Positions 44,461-57,000 of a stretch of 64,000 bases of DNA are shown here, one piece after another (the first letter of the stretch is position 1; each line of letters begins with the position of its first letter). Source of the stretch: Tubiluchus corallicola (taxonomy: Eukaryota; Animalia; Priapulida). The notes under the pieces are model-generated. The model ran no database searches, had not been told where the DNA came from, and saw only the letters and a program-made list of their open reading frames with translations. The stretch is taken from the NCBI GenBank assembly GCA_030141605.1, contig JAQGDQ010000048.1:248001-312000 (forward strand), written 5' to 3'. The position numbers and the translations under genes are program-made.

Positions 44461-45119
44461 TGTTACTTACATATTAAGTATTAAGTTCATGAAGCTAAAT
44501 AAATTTACTATTACTATTACTATAGCACGTGATTTATTTTTAAAATTACAAGTTACAAGCTGATTCATATTGTTATAAACCATGATACTAAATACCATTA
44601 TGCAAATGATATCGTTTGCCCATGCAAGTGGCCTCTGCCCGAATGAAGAGGGCACATGTAATCACAATATTAATGAGTAAGATTTGAGTAAGAATACTAC
44701 CCAGTAAAAATTATTAAGTCTGGTCGTTATAAATTATTATAATCTAGTAATTTACTGCAGTACTACTGCAATTTAATAGCAGCAGCACATTACAAAACAA
44801 ACCTGATATTTTCAATATAACTCTCAGTTTCACACTAACAACAAATAATTAAAAAATCGACAGAAATTTATCAAACCATTTACAAACTGGTCACCTGATT
44901 GTGTCAAACCATGTGCTTTTCGTGATTTGGAGATATAGACAAAGTTCAGTTCAGTTCAGTTCCAGGCCTCAAACCTTTGTGTATCAAAGTGATCAATCAA
45001 AAACTGCAACTTTGGCTGAAAAAGAAAAAACATTCTTAATGCATATAAACTTTGCAAAGAGTTTTCTTTATATCACTGATTAGTTTTTTACCCATATCAA
45101 TATTCTGAAATAAAATCCA

Positions 45120-46950
45120 ATTAATTCGATCATCATCAGCAACTCCTTCCTACGAAACCATTCTTCTTTTATTTTCACAGAGAGAGTACTTCAAAAGAAT
45201 GTGCTCTAAGGTTTCTAACTCTGAACCACATTTCCACTTCCTAGCATTCTCATTTATTCTCCATTTATACAAGGGATTTTCATTGACCTTTCAGGACACC
45301 AATCCTTGCTTTTACCAACAGTTTTGAATCATACATATCATTCAAACAGGTTTCATAACAGGGCTTTTGTTTATTTCCTTTACACTTAATAGCAGTAGAG
45401 CATTCTGACAATCTATTCTGCCATAATTGTAAACCCTTTTCTCTCACTCTGTGTTCAATCAAATTACCCAGCCTTTTTCAGAAAGCCACATATCAGTTAG
45501 TCTTTCCAATCCATCCTATGATAAATCACACAAGACACTAGAATGTTCCCATACACTGATAAAATAAATTTATCTACTAGAAAGGTCATCCTGCGGACCC
45601 ACTTAGATCCAATCCTACAGGATACAGCAAATGAAACTACTCTCTTAACCAGTCTCACACTATCCATAAATATGATTCTGCTCAAATATTTCAAACGTGC
45701 CTTGGTCTCTCCTCAAAAGATGAAAAACCAAGCTCACCTCTTATCGCAGCCCCACAACAACTTTTAGTTTTCCAAATCCACCTTGCAAATGAATCCCGTA
45801 AACTATCATAAAAATCTATTTATGTTTGTAAAAGATTCTGCCAACACAACCAAACATAATGTTAGACATAATCATTGTTTCCCACAAGGTTCTTCCAACT
45901 TCCCGTCTAGCTAATAATAGTGAAACTGGGACTGAAACTCATACCATACTGTGTACCAACAGCCTCTACTATCTTTAACATATAACAAATACATTGCTCT
46001 TCTTCAGCAAAAATAATCACATTATCTGCAAAAGCTAAAACATTCACAACTAAACCTTCGCACAAGTAAAATCCTTCATTCAAATGAGTTTTCTCATACC
46101 TCTAATAACTCACTCATGCGTAAAGAAAAAATGTTGACGACGTTGGGACTTTTTGCTTGACACCTGGCGTAACTTTATCTTTTGAGATTTAATTCCTCTC
46201 CACAACAATTCAACCTCTGAATCAGAATATCATTTTTCCCAAAAATCCACAATTTTTTTTCAACATCCCAAACTTCCCGCTGTTTATTTCTATTACCTAT
46301 AATATGCTTTTTCCAAGTCTAGTAAGTCAACCCATAATTTTCTGTTTTGGGTTTTCGCTATCTCTGTGAATAAAGTAGATAATAACCCAGTAGTCCTCCA
46401 GCCTTCTACCTATACGAAATCCATGTTGTACCTCTCTTAATTGTAACCACACTAATCCGTCTTTCAAAATTCTACACAGAAGCTTCCCCATCACGGATAC
46501 AGTTGTAATGGGCCTATACTTTTCTATTCTTTCTACATCCCTTTTTTGGGAACAAGGTTAACTAAATTTAATCATGTTTCCACAAGGAGGGAAAAAATTT
46601 TATTAAAATCTCTACACAAAAAGACTCTTTGCCTTCTCAAATAACCCTATAAGAAATTCGCCAGCAATTTTATCACTTCCATACGCTTTTTCCTTTTTAT
46701 GCATGTCAAACATTTTTCAAGTTCACTTTTAGATACGTCTTGCATAAACTGAAGGTTTTCTAATTGCCGGTATTCCAAATGATCACCTATTCTTTCCCAT
46801 TAACTTAACATCCCCCTTTTTTTAAATAGGCTGCCCCAAAGTATTATTAATTCCGCACCTATGTCTTCCTCACTGTCTGTCCTATCCCCATTTTCATTAT
46901 GACACGAAAACTTTGTCGTTTAGATAGACATTACTTCGCCTGTTAAAAAT
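45120..46950 (-). mobile_element. Highly decayed LINE ORF2
   Basis: Fragments resembling LVVNVLAFADN and SKLLVKARIGVL; many stops; boundaries approximate. Confidence 0.55.
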
Positions 46951-47019
46951 TGTTCTGAAATGCATCCTTACTTCAAAAGTTGCAAGAGTGCTAGCATATA
47001 AAAATGCTTGCGACGCACT

Positions 47020-47700
47020 CCCCTCAGTGCTCGTTTAAACAATTCAACATTGGGGTGCATTAACAATATCACTGCCTAGATTGTTCCACTTTTGAAAAAC
47101 ACGGTTGGAGAAAAAGTGCTTCCTTATATTTGTGCATGAATATCTGACATGTAGTTTCCGTTCATGACCACGTAACTCTATTCAAAGAAATCTTTCGGAT
47201 CCAAAACTGTGTTTTCATTCAATACTTTACACACGTTGACAAGGTCAATTGTGTCACGTCTCTCCTCTAAGGTAGATATATTGTTAAGACCTAGATCGCT
47301 AGCAAGACATAGAACATCTTCGTTGAACCTTTTCCAAATTTTCTTTAAAAGATATGTATTGCAGTGCCCAAACAACGACTGCACACTCAAGCAGGGGTCT
47401 GATTAGGGCCTTATGAATAGGTACAATAACTAATGACTCACGACATACAACTGATCTTCTAATAATGTAATTTCTCTGGTTAGTAGTCTTTATAACATGA
47501 GCAATATGATCATTAAATTTCTTTTTATTTTTGTTGTCCTTCCTAACTTAATGTGCCCCATCTAGCTCTTTTCTGCGACACTAGGGTCCGTTTGAACATA
47601 ATTTTTGTTATATTATCATGCGGCAATCACCAAAGCAAACTGATTATTCCGTTCACTCACCACTCTCACAGTAAATGAATATTTACGAATGTAAGACATG
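47020..47700 (-). mobile_element. CR1-type LINE 3' fragment
   Basis: ISTLEERRDTIDLVNVCKVL and KHFFSNRVFQKWNNL, typical of the CR1 ORF2 C-terminus. Confidence 0.7.
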
Positions 47701-47889
47701 ACCGCTCTTTGAACAGTTTTATATGTCCTCTAGTTTTAGGATCAACTTTTCTTGTGCTTTATACTCTTCCCAGAGCCTAGGTCTCTCTTCAGATGCATCA
47801 GTTTTTCTACGTATTCTTCTATGTTTTCGCACAATCTCTTTTTGTTACTATTGCTTTTCTCAGTTCATCATCAAGCTAAGGTACATGAC

Positions 47890-48090
47890 GTTTACCTGTC
47901 TTCTCGTAATGCATGTACTTGTTGGCTTGTCACTTGCGTGCCATTTTTGAAGTCTTGACTTCAAAGCCCCTTACGGATTTCACGCGTGCGCTTACTGTAT
48001 TTCGCTTTTTACAGTATATTCGTAAGTTTATTATTCATCTAGTCAGTTGCCTAAAGAAAAGTTATTTTAAAAATTTGTCAAAAGTAATTA
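47890..48090. promoter_or_regulatory. Candidate bidirectional promoter (GSTZ1 on +, AP4M1/CaaX unit on -)
   Basis: Local CpG cluster (tcacgcgtgcgc), YY1-like GCCATTTT at about 47940, minus-strand donor AG|GTAAAC near 47895, GSTZ1 ATG at 48090. Confidence 0.35.
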
Positions 48091-51000
48091 TGGCCGCAAA
48101 AGTAGGTAACGTTTGGTTATTATTCACAAAAAATATCTTGCAAAACTCTTGAACAATATACTCCAAAATGTTATAATACAAACTATACTTAAATGTAAGT
48201 TAATACTAGTAGTAAGGAGTAGGGGTGTAAGGAGCGAAGTTGCGTGCTGCTCAAGTACCGCACTGAGTTTCATTACAGGTGAAATTCTAATTAATCAAAA
48301 TATTAAGCGAGCTTTTATTTGTAAAGTGTTGTAGCGTTTGAACAAGTTGTTTTCCATCAAACTTAACGCTGTTTTATCTGTATGTTCACTGTACAAATCA
48401 ACGACCTAAAAAGTTGAAGTACTTGTCTTGCCTGACTTATTACAGTGACAAAAATGTAATGTAACTTAATACCAATAATAAACTTTAACTCGAAATAATA
48501 GCTATAGGCCAGTTTCGTTCTAAAAGTATTTTTGCTGACAAGATAAACTGCTTGCATTTTTTTTCAAGAAACCCTAAATAGCTTAAAATTTAATATTTTG
48601 GAATACGAAATTTAACAGCAGTAACATATTGTTGTGATAGTAGTTACTGTTATAACCTTGAAACTGGAACTAGTTCGTTTTTGAGAAAGTTAATGGACGG
48701 ACCTACATGGATTACTTCCTTTCATCGCAGAGGAGGAACTAGAAACTTCATAATAATGCAGTGAATAGAAACTTAATTAAAGCACAAGAAAATCCTCCAC
48801 TTACATAAAGCTTAAAAAATTCATCTCGAAATTTTATGCCACGTACTGCCTTTTCACATATTAGACTTGCGTCTGCAATAATGCTGCATATAGGTTCCGC
48901 GATGACGGTTACACGCAGCCATTTTGACGGTAAGTCATTCGAAACAACTAAAAATGATATTGTGTAAAGTTCGAAAAAATAATCAGAGCATTCGTAGGGC
49001 ACACGTCACTAACTAAATAAAATTTAAAATTACTGTATCTTGCCAATAAGATTAAAAATACATTTTGGTTAGTGAGTGGCGCACCCTGCAGGGTGAGTCA
49101 GCAACATTTTACCAATTGGTGAAAGCATTTTAAATAATTAATAATAAGTCTTTCAAGCAGGTAAGCGAAAAATGCTAAATAATGTAATTTTGCATGAAAA
49201 GTTTTTTGGGACTTAGATTAACATTTACTTTTTTCCCCTAATTTATGTGGTGCGTTTATGAAGCCATGTAATGGCGCGGTCGGAACAGTGTCGCGGGAAA
49301 TTCAAAATGAAAATAAACAAAAAATGCTTTTAAGGTGAATACAATATACACATAAAATTGCTACAAAGCAATATAATTTTTTAAGGTGATTTTTCTGACA
49401 CCTACTTCAGGTAGCCATTTTCTTGTCCTTTACGTTCCTTTTCTGAAAAGTCATATTGTAGTAACATAGTGGGCAGTTGTTTAGATACTTTTCTTGTCAG
49501 AGAACTAGGAATCACAGCCAGTTTGTAAATTGGAGAACTTTTACAATCCCGATTGAGAATACTAGTATTTAAGTTAACTCGTACTGACTTTTTATTTCAG
49601 CCTATTCTTTATTCTTATTGGAGAAGTTCATGTTCGTTCCGAGTTCGGATTGGTAAGCAGTCTGACTTTCAAATAGTTATTAGGTCGTTAGTGTAGGTAA
49701 CTGAGTAGTAAGGTGATTGACTGCGTGATATTGTGAAAGCATATACTGCCTGACTACTTGTATTAGTTTCAACTGTTGTTATACATTAGGTATTACTGTG
49801 ATTTAGGATGGGTGTACTGGAAAATTTAAATACCAGTTTTTAAACTATATTAGAAATTGTGACTATTTCTGAAAAAACAATGGAAGTAAAAGAATGTTTC
49901 CTTAGACTTTTGAATCTTTATTTTCTCTAATGATCTGTAACCAAATAATATTTTTATATAGTTTTGTACACTGATACATAGAATCCAGTGTGTAGAGTCA
50001 GTGCCTACATAAAAATGGTCATAACAGACCCAAGTCTTTTATTAAGGAAAATCCTTTAAGGTGAAACACTGAACTGGCAGAGGTGTTTTAACCACTATCG
50101 AATATGTCCTGTCACGATGACAGAATAGCCACGGCAGCGTAGCAGATGATACCATGTTAGCTTAAATTAGTTTGTGCTAGATAACATAAATAACAATTTT
50201 CATATCTGAAACTAATAAAATTAAAATTAAGAAACCAAAGTATACATAGACTTCACAAAACTGGTTTTTATGAGATTATTCTTAAATTTTAATGGAACTA
50301 AAACTATAAAAGTGATTTTGTTAGGCATTATGTTGGAATAACATAGCAAATCTAAAATAAAAGAGAAAACCCAAAACATTATTCAAGAAAGGTGGGCATT
50401 CTGCTTGCTTAATAATGTTGGAGAAAGGGAGAATTTTGCATCTATGTATGCAAATAACATCTCTAAAAATTCAAGTTGATTTTTAAACTTAAAAGTAAGT
50501 AAAATTGTAAACAGCAATATATTTTGAGACTGTGACTGGTACAATCAAGCTTAAGTGTCATTGGAAGACAACAAATGTTGCTTAGCTGTGCATAAGATCA
50601 ATGTGGAATAAGAATGCGTAGAAGAAAACAGATTGATGTATATTCTATTTGTTGCATTTAGCTTGGTTTACCAAAACCCTGTTAATTTAAAGAAGAAAAG
50701 AAGACTGAAAAATATTAAGCAAGCTAGTAAATAACCGATTAGCTTCATCATGCCAGTAATTGGTACATTCCATACTGTATATTCTGCCTCCTTCCATTTG
50801 TTTGGTCCTTGAAGGCGCCATTGCGCTGCTCCACAACTACTGAACATGAGCCGCCATGCTAAGTGTGGATGTTTCCAGAGTTGAGGCTTAGCACCATAAA
50901 ATGAAGTAATCTCATCATTGTAGATGATGGGATCTTTCTGCATAGTGTGCCTTGCTGATGCATAATACTTCTCTCGTGCAACATCTTTTTCCTCTTTAAT

Positions 51001-54000
51001 ATTTCTTAACATTTCATTTTTTGGTGGCAGTTTAACGTGTTTCTTTAGTAATTGTGCAAACCATCGGGCTTGGCATTCAGCCATTGTAAGTATTCCTCCA
51101 GAAGCAGGTTGTACGAAGCCTATAAATGCAATAGTATGGTCCAAGCCTGGGCTAAACACGTTCTTATACAGATACAGATTGTTAGAAGTTTCATCTGCTA
51201 CCAAATTTCTTGTTTTCTCATTCAAAAATGGCAGTGACATGTGGTAACCTGTGCAGTATATAATGTCATCAAACTCCTCAGAACTGCCATCAGTAAAGTA
51301 AACTGTGCTCTCATGCATTCTTAGTACATTTGGCTTCACGCGAATGTTGCCTCGCTGTATATGATGCACTAGACTAGGGCTAACCGTTGGCTGTGTCTGA
51401 AGTGCCTTCATTTTTGGATTGAGTCCCCATTTTTGAGGATGTCCATGTACAGTGGAGACTATGAATTCCAATATTGACGAAGCCAGTCGCCAAGGTAACT
51501 TCAGAAAGAATCGGCAAGCATAGTGGTCAATTGGTTGACCAAAAACGTAGTTAGGTACAACCCATGCTCCACTTCGAGTGCTCAGTACCACTTTCTTGCA
51601 TCTTCCTACAGTAGCTGCATCCACAGCAACGTCAATGGCACTATTTCCTATACCAACGATCAACAAATTCTTTCCGGTAATCTCATTAATAAATGGATCC
51701 TTGTATGACACGCTATGTATGATTCTACCTTTAAATGATTCCTCTCCATCAAATTTTGCCCATCTTGGGATAGCGTGATGTCCGGTAGCCACAACAACAC
51801 CATCACAGACATAGAGATGACCTATTCTTTCGCCATCTTCTGTTTCTTGTTCAGTCTTTACAAACCATTTTTCACCTTCCTTCATAACATCTACAACTTC
51901 TGTATGAAATTTGATGATATTATCTAATCCATTATGTGTGACGTAGTCTTCCACATATTTTGCCATGTCATTGTGATGTGGAAAATCGGGAACACTATCT
52001 GGGAAGGGGAAGTCAGAAAAGCAGTAGTTCTCCTTTGAAACATTAATGTGAGTGCATTTCATGACCCCATAGCCATCATCCGTATAGTGCCATAATCCTC
52101 CAACAAAATCCAATTTCTCTAATACCACTGCTGTAAATCCAACTTCCAACATACATTTTGCAGTAACTATTCCAGAAATACCTGCCCCAATTATACAGAC
52201 ATCTACAGATGTTTTTGCCATCTTGCCTTGGTGTGGTGCCTCAAATAAACGTGTACGTCAAATACAGTTGAACCTTTTAAGCTCTAACTAGACATGCAAA
52301 GTACAATGTCTCATTCATTATTCAATGACTGTGCACTACATGAAACAGGCTCACCTTGACCTAATTATAAGTTAGCTTGGTTTACTGTAGCCTCTACTGT
52401 AGTATAGTTGCATAAATTTATATAGAAATCTTTTGCAAGTCCATAAGTACATATGTCTGCATCCAAATTGAATTTGATTTGCAAATTATTGTGTACCTAC
52501 TGCCACTATTGATAGATAAGCGATCATTCTTTGCTCGATCAGTGATCTTTGATCTGTTGGTTCACGTGACAGAAAAATTTACTCGCTTTGAAATATTTCC
52601 TACTAACCCAGTCTTTTTTATTAGTTTTTTATTACTTTATTAGTTTGATATTACTCATGTATATAGTAAATATATATTAGTCAAACCTCGAAAAGAAATT
52701 TTGCACATAAATCGACAGCAACCACAATATGCCACTCACACCACAACCCACCTTACCACACACCACCCGCACAACATCACCCATACCACAACAACACACC
52801 AAACCCACGATACACCCATCATACCAATTGTACCTCACCACTCACATCACTCCTCCCACATCATACCACTCTCACCACACAAACACGTGCAACAACAGCA
52901 ACATTTTGCACAAATACAACAGTGTGTAAAATTACAAACATTATTAGGCCTACCCACTAATGAGCAATAATACACAAAACATTGTACATTGTCTTTTCTT
53001 GCTCCATGCTACTTCTTTAATAACAGTGATAATGTGCCACTTACATAAGTATATTATGATCAATAGCCAGTAGCACTTAGTAAAATATGCTTAAGCAACA
53101 GAAACAATGGATGACATTACCAATGTCCTACAATGGATTGAACCCAATACGTTTCCCAGCGAGAAAATTGCAAAAAAGAACTTGGAATTATCCTGTCCTA
53201 TGCAAGTATTGGAAGCATTCATAAAAGAAACTTACCTCATCGTGTAGCCCAGTTCCTCTTCCTTCCAAAGATCTATAAATCTTCCTCCAAAATGCTATTG
53301 ATCTAAAGACCTTAAAGACACTATGCCAGGTGAACCTCTCAGGAAACCAAACTATGTCTATCACACCCTATGTTGAAAACTCTTTCCAGTGACATATAGC
53401 CTGCCCTCTCTTGCAACTATGTTAGTTTTGCAAAAAACTCTCGAAAATTGCTGATTTTTGGAGATTTTTCACCTATGGGAGATTCATTCCAAGTGTCCCA
53501 AATTAAAAAATAAACCCCTATGGGCTGGACGAGACAAAGATTGTTCATTTGGTGTGTCATTTGTGACACATGGTTCTTTAGTTGCCGAGAAAATAGGATA
53601 TTATATAAATAAATATATTCATACATAAATATACCTGGAGAATAAATAGTATGTGATTATACAATAAAGTATATGTTACACACTTTTTCATTTTTTTACA
53701 ATTTTTTGAGTTGCGTCACTTCCAATTTTCCCAGGTTAAATTGATTTTCCGTCTTTTGACTTTTCAGCATTGGCGTTAAAAGGCATAGAGTATGAATACA
53801 GAGCTGTGCATGTCCTTAAAGATGGCGGACAACAGGTTAGTGTGATTCTCGTTTATATGCTATGTTGTAAGATCGAGTTGGATTGTCTACTGTTGTTGGG
53901 GTTGCTTGGTTGGTGATAAATCATGATGATTCATCAAAAGGTCACTTGAATGAAAGTGATTCTTAGCCTAAACAATCCTCTATTAATGTATGACAAAACA

Positions 54001-57000
54001 TGCCTCTGTGTTCAGTGCATGATTATTTTTCAGCGTGTATAAAAATACCAAGTAAAACATGTTTCTTTTAAAAGAAAAATCATTTTACAATTTAATAATT
54101 GCTTTTTTTTCATTTTCTTAGCATTCTGACGAGTTCAAGAAGCTCAATCCAATGGAGCAAGTACCTGTATTGTGTATTGATGGTGTCACACTTAGTCAAT
54201 CTGTAAGTTCTTTAGTGGATTGACTCTTGTTGTGTGCTTAGTTTTTACAGTCACACAAATGGGAAGAATCCCAAATCACGTTGTAAAAACTGTATGATCC
54301 AAACTTAAAATCAAGAATGTTTAAATTGACAGTCACACATGGTGCAGTATGTGTAATTAAATATTTATTGTCAGGGAAACTTGCTCCCAATGAGTTTAAC
54401 TCTAAAAGGAGCACTGGTTTCACAATTATACTACACCTGCTATCATGCCATTATTATGAACATTAAGGTACTGTATAATTGATCGACAAAGCTGCCTCCT
54501 TACTAACATTTTTATAAGACTGTAGCGGTTTACAAATGTAACTTCTATTTCTGCAAGGAAATAATAATAAAAATTAAGTTGTAGATGTACTCACGAAATG
54601 CCGAGAATTGCCAAAATTTGCATATGCAAGAAATTCACAACTATTTTTGAACAGACTATATTCCACAGTTCATTATACATTACATTTGATTTAATTTTAC
54701 ATTAAAAGAAATGAGGGCAGTGGCTTTTGAGATGAATAAAGCTTTATTTTGGATGGCAATACTCATGAATTTTGCAATCTAAAATAAAGTTGTAATTGTT
54801 TCACTCATCTGTGACCAGCATTTGCAGCAAGACTAGTGCCAGTCTCAGTCTTTTTTAAAGGTCTCGGTCTTGGTAAACAGTCCTTGCTGAAATCGAGACA
54901 GCTTTGGTAATGATAACGCTGATTAACAGTTTTAAGTCGTTATACCTTTCCACAACAAATAGAGGCTGTAAAAACTAATTATACCTAGTTTGAAACTTGG
55001 TAATCTTAGACACTTGTAGACCGTGAGCTTTCTACTCAGGTAAGATAAATCAATTATCTTACACTTGTTGCTGCTAGCTTACCAGCAAGATGATTGTACC
55101 ATGTACATATTATGAAGATTACAGACTGCATAATCGAGTGGGGCATTGATGCTGATGTAATTTTATAAAAACCAAAACACCAGACAATGTTTTTGCGTCT
55201 CATAGATTGTACAGGTGGCTACGGTATGGTGTAAACTATAATTATTGTCTGGTGTTGAGGACTTGTTGTACATTCCTGTCATTGTTTCCTGTCGTACAGA
55301 ATCTTGGATGTGTGTTTATATTTGACGTTATATTTGTGACCTGTCAGAAAATTAGTTTGTCAATGCATAATATCATCTGATTTTTGGTATGTTTAACCCC
55401 TTTATATTTAGTTGATAACTTAGATGAAATGAGCGCAGAGACATTTGATATTGTGACTGGATATTTTCAAATCTCTAATTATTTATAAACAGTTCTGCCA
55501 ATTTGAGCTCTATAAAGCTGAACAAGCATTTAGCACTAGCAGTTAAATGTCTTGTTTGCAACAAAGTTTCATAGTAGCCTAAAGTGTCATTAAATTGTAC
55601 TACATGTCACCAAAGAACTCGTGAAATGTAAAAAGTTGCGTCAGTGACTAATATGTTATATAGTAATAGAACTGGCACAATAAGTGATTCATTTAATCTG
55701 GATGTTTTGGCTTTTCTACTCATAAAAGTGCTCTGATAGACTTCATATTATCCACTGTTTATGAAATGTGAATTGTTTTTCTTTATTTCAGTTGAGTATA
55801 ATAGAATACTTGGATGAAACCAGGCCTGCTACACCTCTCTTTCCAAAAGATCCTGCGAAAAGAGCAAAGGTACAAAGTTTTAAAAATCACTGTAGGTTTT
55901 TAAAACTAAATGTTGCTGTTGTTCTTTTAATGACATTAACCGAAGCTGTAATTATTAATCTAAAAATCGTGCAGATTGAACTTCAGATTGAATTCTACTG
56001 CACCTTTTGTTTTGTAATTTATCCTAGATTTATATTTAAAAAAGCTCACATAATTTTGTAATTACCAGTTGTTTAAGTATAATTATAATAATTTGCACCA
56101 GATTTGTTTCATTTGTTTTTTATTTATTGTCATAATTCTGGATTTGTACTAGTCGTACGTGATATATACTTGATTTTTAGATGATGGGAATGGAAACAAG
56201 ATGAAAATAAATAATGTATGTTTTATGTTTTAGTCAGAGTTTGTTTTATTATTAGGTTCGCTGTTTAAGTGAAATTATAGCATCTGGGATACAGCCTATA
56301 CAGAACTTAACTGTCCTGCAACGGATCGACAGTTTAAGTGGCGACAAGGCTGAGTGGGGTCATTACTTTATAGACCGTGGTTTTAAAGGTAAGTCTGTTT
56401 CATTATCTGAAATACATACATACTATACACGAAATTTATTGCACATATTAGTCTTGCTTCGTAGCTGTCCAGTAACTAAAATAGTGTAATTACAGTGTGA
56501 ATGTTGATTGATTATTGTTTACTATGTATTTCAGCATTATAAGCCATGTAAAACATACAATTAAAATTTTTAAAATAACTAAACTTCACTAAAAACACAA
56601 ACTATTTAAAATATACAGTGATATCGCAAAGTTAAAACAGTGTTGCACATTCTAAAAAAAAATTTGATTGAAAGTATACAGCTGAATTCACAATAAAAAC
56701 ATGTAAAAAACATTTTTGAAACCAAAAACCTGCTGTTTTAGAATACAGCAGCATTTTCTTCTGAAGTGCAAGAAATGTGGTAAATCAAGGATTAACATAC
56801 ATAATAGACATGCTAGTATCAAACCCCAGCAGAAATAGTTCATGAATGTCATTATTATAAGCGACTCATTCTTTTTGTCTGTTTAATACATCATTACTCA
56901 AATTCTTTTAAAGCAGTAAGCCACAATAATTTGTACAATAGCTTTTGAATAAAGCAACTTTTACATTATACAAGCAGCACGAAAATTTTCTAATAAGTGA

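Noticed and set aside
48748-49002. 84-aa minus-strand ORF in GSTZ1 intron 1
   Set aside because: Non-ATG start and no recognisable motifs; may be TE debris.
52701-52970. His/Thr-rich ORFs
   Set aside because: Artefact of CA-rich low-complexity sequence.
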